From Pseudomonadota bacterium (GTDB lineage Bacteria; Desulfobacterota; Desulfovibrionia; Desulfovibrionales; Desulfovibrionaceae): a stretch of DNA of 64,000 nt. The stretch spans positions 25,319 through 89,318 of the forward strand of contig JAEWPX010000048.1 in NCBI GenBank assembly GCA_023399375.1, written 5' to 3'. The notes under the pieces were generated by a model. That model saw only the letters and a program-made list of their open reading frames with translations, ran no database searches and had not been told where the DNA came from. The stretch's first letter is position 1. Each line of letters starts with the position of its first letter. Made by a program: the position numbers and the translations under genes. Shown piece after piece: positions 57,972 through 64,000 of this stretch.

Positions 57972-59864
57972 ATGAGCGACCACGGCCACGTTCCGGACAA
58001 ATCCCTGTCCCATACCCTCGCCCTGGCCTTCGGCGCCCTCGGCGTCGTCTACGGCGATATCGGCACGAGCCCGCTCTACGCCATCAAGGAATGCTTCCAC
58101 GGCATGCACGCCATCGCCGTGACGCCGGACAACGTGCTCGGCGTGCTCTCGCTCATCTTCTGGTCCCTGACGATGGTCATCACCATCAAATACGTGCTGT
58201 TCATCACCGCCGCCGACAACCGGGGCGAGGGCGGCATTTTCGCGCTGATCGAACTTCTGCCCAAGGACCGGGGCCACCGCCACGTACGTGCGACGCTCGC
58301 CGTGCTGGGCCTCATCGGCGCGGGCCTGCTCTACGGCGACGGCGTCATCACCCCGGCCATTTCCGTGCTTTCGGCCGTGGAGGGCTTAAACGTCGCCACG
58401 AGCGCCGCCGAACCCCTCGTCGTGCCCATCACCTGCGTCATTCTTTTTTGCCTCTTCATGGTGCAGCGCCGGGGCACACACGGCATCGGCAAGGTCTTCG
58501 GCCCGGTGATGCTCGTCTGGTTCACGGTGCTGGCCGTGCTCGGGATCAAGGCGATCCTGGCCGCGCCACAAGTGCTCGCCGCGATCAACCCTTGGCACGC
58601 GGTGAACTTTTTCCTGCGCAATCACCTGCACGGCATAGTGGTCCTCGGCGCGGTCGTGCTGTGCATCACCGGCGGCGAGGCGCTGTATGCCGACCTCGGG
58701 CATTTCGGCCGCCGCCCCATCCAACTTTCCTGGCTCGCGATCGTCTTCCCGTGCCTGATCCTCAACTACTTCGGCCAGGGCGCGGGACTTTTGCTCGATC
58801 CCTCCATCGCGGCCAACCCCTTCTACAGCCTGGTGCCCGACTCCCTGCTCTACCCCATGGCGGCGCTGGCCACGGCGGCCACGGTCATCGCTTCCCAGGC
58901 GCTCATTTCCGGGGTCTTTTCCCTCACGCGCCAAGCCATCCAGCTCGGCTGCTGCCCGAGGCTTCGCATCGTGCACACCTCGAGCGCGATGGAAGGACAG
59001 ATCTACATTCCCGAAGTCAATTTCGCCCTGATGTGGGCCTGCATCGGCATCACGCTGGCCTTCGAGGAATCGAGCCGCCTGGCCGCGGCCTACGGCATCG
59101 CGGTCACGGCCACCATGGGCATCACCTCCATCCTGTATTTCTTCGTCGCCCACTGGACCTGGAAGCAGCCGCTCATCCGCTGCCTGCCGCCGGTGCTCGT
59201 GTTCCTGGCCTTCGATCTGGCCTATTTCGGCTCGAACCTGCTCAAGGTCGCCGACGGCGGCTGGTTCACGCTGCTGATCGCCGCCGCGATCTTCACGGCC
59301 ATGGCCACTTGGCAGGACGGCCGCCGGGCGCTTCGCGAGATGTCCATGGCCGCCACGGTGCCGCTGCGCACCTTCCTGCAGGAAGTGGCCACGAAAAACC
59401 CGATCCGCGTGCCGGGCACCGCCGTCTTCATGTCGCTCTCCCCCCAGGGCACGCCGGTGACGCTGCTGCACCACTACAAGCACAACAAGGTCTTCCACCA
59501 AAGCGTGGTCATCCTGAGCATCACCGCCGCGGACACGCCCACCGTGCCCGAGGACGACCGCCTGGACATCCACGACCTGGGCTCGGGCTTCTTCCGGATC
59601 GTGGCGCGCTACGGCTTCATGGAAACGCCGGACGTGCCGGAGATCATGGCCCGGGCGCGGGATACGGGCATCCCCATCGATCCGCCGGCCGACACCACCT
59701 ACTTCCTCGGCCGCGAGAGTCTGCTCACCACGGGCAAGGCGAAGATGGCGGGCTTTCGCAAGTCGCTTTTCGCGCTCATGTCCCGCAACGCCCGTCCGGC
59801 CACGGCCTATTTCGGCCTGCCCCCGGGACGCGTGGTGGAGCTTGGCGTGCAGGTCGAACTCTAG
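57972..59864 (+). CDS. kup: KUP/HAK/KT family potassium transporter
   Basis: 'GALGVVYGDIGTSPLYA' signature, 12 TM helices and a cytoplasmic C-domain. Confidence 0.95.
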   Translation: MSDHGHVPDKSLSHTLALAFGALGVVYGDIGTSPLYAIKECFHGMHAIAVTPDNVLGVLSLIFWSLTMVITIKYVLFITAADNRGEGGIFALIELLPKDRGHRHVRATLAVLGLIGAGLLYGDGVITPAISVLSAVEGLNVATSAAEPLVVPITCVILFCLFMVQRRGTHGIGKVFGPVMLVWFTVLAVLGIKAILAAPQVLAAINPWHAVNFFLRNHLHGIVVLGAVVLCITGGEALYADLGHFGRRPIQLSWLAIVFPCLILNYFGQGAGLLLDPSIAANPFYSLVPDSLLYPMAALATAATVIASQALISGVFSLTRQAIQLGCCPRLRIVHTSSAMEGQIYIPEVNFALMWACIGITLAFEESSRLAAAYGIAVTATMGITSILYFFVAHWTWKQPLIRCLPPVLVFLAFDLAYFGSNLLKVADGGWFTLLIAAAIFTAMATWQDGRRALREMSMAATVPLRTFLQEVATKNPIRVPGTAVFMSLSPQGTPVTLLHHYKHNKVFHQSVVILSITAADTPTVPEDDRLDIHDLGSGFFRIVARYGFMETPDVPEIMARARDTGIPIDPPADTTYFLGRESLLTTGKAKMAGFRKSLFALMSRNARPATAYFGLPPGRVVELGVQVEL

Positions 59865-59988
59865 GGGCCTTCGGGCCGCCCAATTGTCCCGCGCCCCTTG
59901 ACCCGGGGCGTTTCCTGCCGTAACCGCAAGGCGCGGTGCAACCCAAGCGCCACGCCATCTTCGCCCGACGCCGGCAAAAGAGGAGCGC

Positions 59989-61119
59989 ATGACCGATTCG
60001 CCCGACAAAGAGCCCACCACGCCGCAGGACGCCCCCGAAACCTCCGGGGCCGACAACGCCTCCGGGGACGCCGCAGCGCCGGCAGTACCTGGCAACGCTT
60101 CGCAAGGAGCCGTCCCGCCTGCCGTGCCAGGCGCCGCCTCGGAAGGGGCAGCCGCCGACCCGTCGCTCCCCGAGGCCGTGGCCGCCGAGGGACCGGTCGC
60201 GCCGCCGGCCCCGCCCACGCCGCCGGGCGCTTCGGACGCCGGAGACATGAAGGAAGCGCCGCTGCTCGAGCACCTGCTCGAGCTGCGCACGCGCCTGGTG
60301 CGCTGCCTCATCGCCGTTGGCATCGGGTTCGCGGCCAGCTACGCCTTCGCCGAAAAGCTGCTCGGCATCCTGCTCAAGCCCTTGATGGACGTCATGCCGG
60401 GCGGCAGCAAGCTCATCGCCACGAGCCTGCCGGAAACGTTTTTCACGGTCATGAAGCTGGCGCTCGTCGCCGGCGCGTTCGTGGCCAGCCCCTACATCTT
60501 CTACCAGCTGTGGAAGTTCGTGGCCCCGGGGCTCTACAAGGAAGAACGCAAGATCATCGTGCCCGTGGCCGTGGCCACGGCCGTCTGCTTCGTCGGCGGC
60601 GCGCTTTTCGGCTATTTCATCGTGTTCCCGTTCGGGTTCAAGTTCTTCGTGGACTACGCCTCGGACTACATCACGGTCATGCCGACCATCAGCGCCTACT
60701 TTTCGCTCGCCGTGACCTTGCTCTTCGCTTTCGGCCTCATCTTCGAACTGCCGGTCTTCATCTTCTTCATGACGAGCCTTGGGCTCGTGACCACCAAGAC
60801 CCTGCGCAAGTTCCGCCGCTGGGCCATCCTGTTGAGCTTCATCGTGGCCGCCATCCTGACCCCCACGCCCGACGCCGTGAACCAGTTGCTCATGGCCGGC
60901 CCCATGGTCATCCTCTACGAGGTCGGCATCTGGGTTTCCTGGTTCGTGGACAAGTCGCGCAAGGAGGAAAAGGCCGCCAAGGAAGCGGCCAAGGCGGCCG
61001 AGAAAGCCGCCGCGGCCGCCCCGCCAAAGGGTGGCGCGAGCCAGGAAAATGCCGCGCCGCAACCCGAAGCCGCCGCCGCGCAACCGGCTGCGCCGGAAAA
61101 GGATTCCAAGGACGCGTAA
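59989..61119 (+). CDS. tatC: twin-arginine translocase subunit TatC with low-complexity N- and C-terminal extensions
   Basis: The core 'LLEHLLELRTRLVRCLIAVGIGF...FYQLWKFVAPGLYKEE...TPTPD' is canonical TatC. It has a ~85-aa P/A-rich N-extension (GAGGAG SD before ATG 59989) and a ~55-aa K/A/E-rich tail. An internal start at 'MKEAPLL' is possible. Confidence 0.85.
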   Translation: MTDSPDKEPTTPQDAPETSGADNASGDAAAPAVPGNASQGAVPPAVPGAASEGAAADPSLPEAVAAEGPVAPPAPPTPPGASDAGDMKEAPLLEHLLELRTRLVRCLIAVGIGFAASYAFAEKLLGILLKPLMDVMPGGSKLIATSLPETFFTVMKLALVAGAFVASPYIFYQLWKFVAPGLYKEERKIIVPVAVATAVCFVGGALFGYFIVFPFGFKFFVDYASDYITVMPTISAYFSLAVTLLFAFGLIFELPVFIFFMTSLGLVTTKTLRKFRRWAILLSFIVAAILTPTPDAVNQLLMAGPMVILYEVGIWVSWFVDKSRKEEKAAKEAAKAAEKAAAAAPPKGGASQENAAPQPEAAAAQPAAPEKDSKDA

Positions 61120-61522
61120 GCCTCTCCCGAGCCTCGGGGACCTTTTCGGACGGTCCCCGTGGCTTCCGCGCCTTGACAAGCCCCTCCTCTCCAGGCATAG
61201 ATAAGCTAGAGGTGACGGCCGCCGCTCTTTGGCCGGGTTAGCCTTCCGCCCGGGCCGCCCTTCCGCGGGCACAGGTCCCTTCGGGCTGACAGCGCCGCAT
61301 TGCGGCTTTCCGCGCCTCGCCGCGACCCAAGCGTCGCAACGTCCCTCCGTCGGCTGTCGACGGCCGGGACGCACACTCGCCACGCGAGCCACTCCACAAG
61401 CGGACGACCGAGACGGCCAGGCGTCATGCCGGGCCCATAGGCCACCCCGCCCCCATGGCGTCCCCTGTTCGGACGCCGGCGCACCCGGCCCCTTCTCGGC
61501 GTCGCACAGCCATGGAGCGACG

Positions 61523-62017
61523 ATGCGACACGCCCGTATCCTGCTGACGACCATGACCCTTCTGGCTCTGGCTCTGCCGGGTTGCGCCGGGACCAAGACG
61601 CCCAAGACCGCACCGGCCCTTGCCGCCGCACCCGGCATCGACGCCCAGGGCCGCCTGGCCGATCCGAATTTCCTGTTCACCGGTTCCGACAAGCGCCGCG
61701 ACAATCGCCTCACGGTCAAAGCGATGGCCTACACCAGCTGCTCGACGAGCGGGAAAAAGAAATCCAAACGCGCCGCGCGCGGCGCCTGGGGCGATGCCCT
61801 GACCGACGACGTCAACGCCGTGGCCGTCTCGCCGGATCTGCTTGAAATGGGCCTGGACCGGGGCGACCTCATCACCATCGAGGGCCTGCCCGGCCAGTAC
61901 AAGGTGCTCGACGTCATGCACGGCCGCCACGACAAGACCATCGACATCTTCTACGGCGACGACCGTTGCGGCGCATTGCAGTGGGGCAAGCGCACCCTGA
62001 CCATCACCTGGCAGTAA
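61523..62017 (+). CDS. 3D-domain lipoprotein (MltA/YuiC-like)
   Basis: Lipobox 'LALALPG|C'. C-terminal 'ITIEGLPGQYKVLDVMHGRHDKTIDIF' resembles the 3D (Asp-Asp-Asp) domain. Confidence 0.65.
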   Translation: MRHARILLTTMTLLALALPGCAGTKTPKTAPALAAAPGIDAQGRLADPNFLFTGSDKRRDNRLTVKAMAYTSCSTSGKKKSKRAARGAWGDALTDDVNAVAVSPDLLEMGLDRGDLITIEGLPGQYKVLDVMHGRHDKTIDIFYGDDRCGALQWGKRTLTITWQ

Positions 62018-62195
62018 CGCCCCTCGTCCGCCGCCCTCGCGGCGGAAGACGGCGGCGGCATGCCGTTGCAGCCGCCGCGAGGATAGGCCGTTCTCGCCCA
62101 CGGCAAGGGTTGTCTTGCAAAGTCGAGGCAGTTGCCGCCGAACCGGGCGCTGCGCCCAAGCGGCATGAGGCGGGAGCCGAAGAAAGGACAATGAT

Positions 62196-62396
62196 TCAGG
62201 GCAGGACTTCGACCAGGACGTAGCGGGCCGCAAAGCCCAAGGCGTAGACGCAGACGAGCGTCAGGAAAAAGGTCCGGAAAAGCCCCTTGCCGCCCCGGCC
62301 CTCGGCCAGGCGCGACAGCACGAACCCCACGCCCACCGCCGCAAGCAGGCCAAGGCCCAAAGCCAGGGCGACTTTCATCAGCGCGATATCGGCCAT
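62196..62396 (-). CDS. small membrane protein (66 aa, two TM helices)
   Basis: GGGGGGAGGG precedes ATG 62396. Two hydrophobic helices. Confidence 0.45.
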   Translation of the reverse strand: MADIALMKVALALGLGLLAAVGVGFVLSRLAEGRGGKGLFRTFFLTLVCVYALGFAARYVLVEVLP

Positions 62397-62527
62397 CCCT
62401 CCCCCCTTCTGCGCAACAGCGGCGGTCGCCGCCACCGATCCATCGCAGCGCGCTCCCCTTCTCCCCAACGCAACACACACTCTCTTACCGAAGGCGCACC
62501 ACTCCGCCACCCAACCCTCTCCCCCTT

Positions 62528-62605
62528 TCGGGGTGGTCCAGGAGGGGCCCTCGGCCCCTCCTGGCCGCCGGAGGCATCTTCCCTCCGTCTCCCCCTCCCC
62601 GTCTC
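62528..62605 (-). repeat. intergenic repeat element, copy 3
   Basis: GGTCCAGGAGGGGCCCTCGGCCCCTCCTGGCCGCCGGAGGCATCTTCC plus a C/T-rich tail that ends at the citrate synthase stop codon. Confidence 0.8.
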
Positions 62606-63892
62606 CTAGCGCTGATCCAGCGGCACGTAGGGCCGGCGCGGCGGGCCGATGTAGACTTGGCGCGGCCGGTGGATGCGCGTGGTGGGGTCGCGGTTTTCCT
62701 CGCGCCAGTGGGCGATCCAGCCGGGCATGCGGCCGATGGCGAACATGACCGGGAACATGTTGACCGGGATGCCGAGGGCCCGCAGGATGATGCCGGAATA
62801 GAAGTCCACGTTGGGATAGAGCTTGCGGCTTTTGAAGTAGTCGTCGGAAAGGGCGGCCTCTTCCAGTTCCAGGGCGATGTCCATGAGGGGATCGCTCTGA
62901 CCGGACTGGAAGACGAGGTCGTGGGCGGCCTTTTTCAGCACGCGGGCGCGGGGGTCGAAGTTCTTGTAGACGCGGTGCCCGAAGCCCATGAGGCGGCGTT
63001 CCTTGCGCTTGACCAGCTCCAGGAAGGATTTGACCTTGTGCTTGCCGGCGAGGATCTGCTCGAGCATGTCGATGACCGCGGCGTTGGCCCCGCCGTGCAA
63101 CCGCCCCCACAGGGCGCAGATGCCCGAGGAGACGCTGGCGAAGAGGTTCGCCTGGGTGGAGCCCACCATGCGCACAGTGGAACAGGAGCAGTTCTGCTCG
63201 TGGTCGGCGTGGACCACGAGGAAAAGCGACAGCGCCGCGACGGCCTGCTGCGTGGGTTCGTAGTCGCGGTTGGGCACCGAGAACATCATGTGCAGGAAGT
63301 TGCGGCAATAGCTGAGGTTGGGGTCCGGGTACATGAAGGGCAGGCCCAGGGATTTGCGGTAGCTGAAGGCGGCGATGGTGCGCACCTTGCTCACGAGCTT
63401 GCCCACGGCAAGTATGAAATCGTCCATGGTCTGGATTTCGAGCAGCTCGGGGTGGTAGTTGCCAAGCGAGTTGATGACGGCCGACAGAATGGCCATCGGC
63501 TGTCCTCCAGGCGGGAACCCGTCGAAATGATGGAGCAAGCCTTCGTGCAAGAGCTCGTGTTCGGACAGCAGCGAGCGAAACGCCGTACGTTCTTCGGCCG
63601 TCGGAAGCTTGCCGAAGATCAGCAGCATCGCGGTCTCGATAAAAGAACTTTTTTCGGCCAACTGCTCGATGGGGATGCCGCGATAGCGCAAAATGCCCTT
63701 TTCGCCGTCGACGAAGGTGATCGACGACAGGCAGGAACCGGTATTGCCGTAGCCGGGGTCGAAACAGAGCAGCCCGGCCTCTTTTTCCAGGGAGGCGACG
63801 TCGATGCCGACCTCGCCCTCGCTGCCCACGGTGACGGGCAGTTCCAGGGTCTTATCGCCGTAGGTCAATGTGGCGGTTTTGACTTCGCGCAT
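62606..63892 (-). CDS. gltA: citrate synthase
   Basis: 'GILRYRGIPIEQL', 'LVVHADHEQNCS', 'GRLHGGAN' and 'MGFGHRVYK' citrate synthase motifs. GAGGAG precedes ATG 63892. Confidence 0.93.
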   Translation of the reverse strand: MREVKTATLTYGDKTLELPVTVGSEGEVGIDVASLEKEAGLLCFDPGYGNTGSCLSSITFVDGEKGILRYRGIPIEQLAEKSSFIETAMLLIFGKLPTAEERTAFRSLLSEHELLHEGLLHHFDGFPPGGQPMAILSAVINSLGNYHPELLEIQTMDDFILAVGKLVSKVRTIAAFSYRKSLGLPFMYPDPNLSYCRNFLHMMFSVPNRDYEPTQQAVAALSLFLVVHADHEQNCSCSTVRMVGSTQANLFASVSSGICALWGRLHGGANAAVIDMLEQILAGKHKVKSFLELVKRKERRLMGFGHRVYKNFDPRARVLKKAAHDLVFQSGQSDPLMDIALELEEAALSDDYFKSRKLYPNVDFYSGIILRALGIPVNMFPVMFAIGRMPGWIAHWREENRDPTTRIHRPRQVYIGPPRRPYVPLDQR

Positions 63893-64000
63893 GAGGCTCC
63901 TCGTGTCCGGGGGGTGAGGGGGAGAGAACGACCGCAAGCGGCGCGGCGACTGCGACGCCGTATGGCCAGGAAGCAAGTATAGAAAAAAAATTCGGCCTTG

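Overview
High-GC chromosomal segment. A Desulfovibrio-like deltaproteobacterium is my guess, inferred from the porin family, a MucR regulator and the density of MCP, PAS, GGDEF and HDOD signalling genes. I support about 52 protein-coding genes, one decayed porin pseudogene, two tRNAs (Val-TAC, Asp-GTC), several intrinsic terminators and a three-copy intergenic repeat.

Gene content, left to right:
- 3' part of a thioester alpha-2-macroglobulin, an orphan PilT-like ATPase, a GGDEF cyclase, a lipase-like hydrolase and the tRNA pair.
- A minus-strand operon of one stand-alone receiver plus three histidine kinases. The last kinase has an abruptly AT-rich C-terminal receiver domain.
- A secreted transglutaminase-like protein, tatA and a saccharopine-dehydrogenase-like gene.
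- queC-queE-queD divergent from queF, then a YihY/BrkB membrane protein.
- Two small ORFs, a U32-like enzyme, uvrA (with a GAAC-N4-GTTC palindrome upstream) and a flavodoxin/ferredoxin fusion.
- Four tandem paralogous dCache-HAMP-PAS chemoreceptors, interrupted by one reverse-strand unknown gene.
- purD-purE, a MucR regulator, a degenerate EAL protein, and mtaB-DUF4416-yicC-remA-gmk-TPR-HDOD-recJ.
- Porin / porin pseudogene / porin.
- A Sel1 + trypsin-like protease with a secreted partner, an EI24/CysZ-like protein, kup, an extended tatC, a 3D-domain lipoprotein and citrate synthase.

I found no transposase, integrase, CRISPR array or recognisable defence system. Many long antisense or off-frame ORFs in the track are GC-driven artefacts.

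The observations most worth follow-up are:
- the repeat element butted against stop codons;
- the mosaic hybrid kinase next to the tRNAs;
- the chemoreceptor array with identical DNA tracts;
- the small-ORF / U32 locus;
- the secreted-protein / Sel1-protease pair.

None of these is demonstrably a new system from sequence alone.
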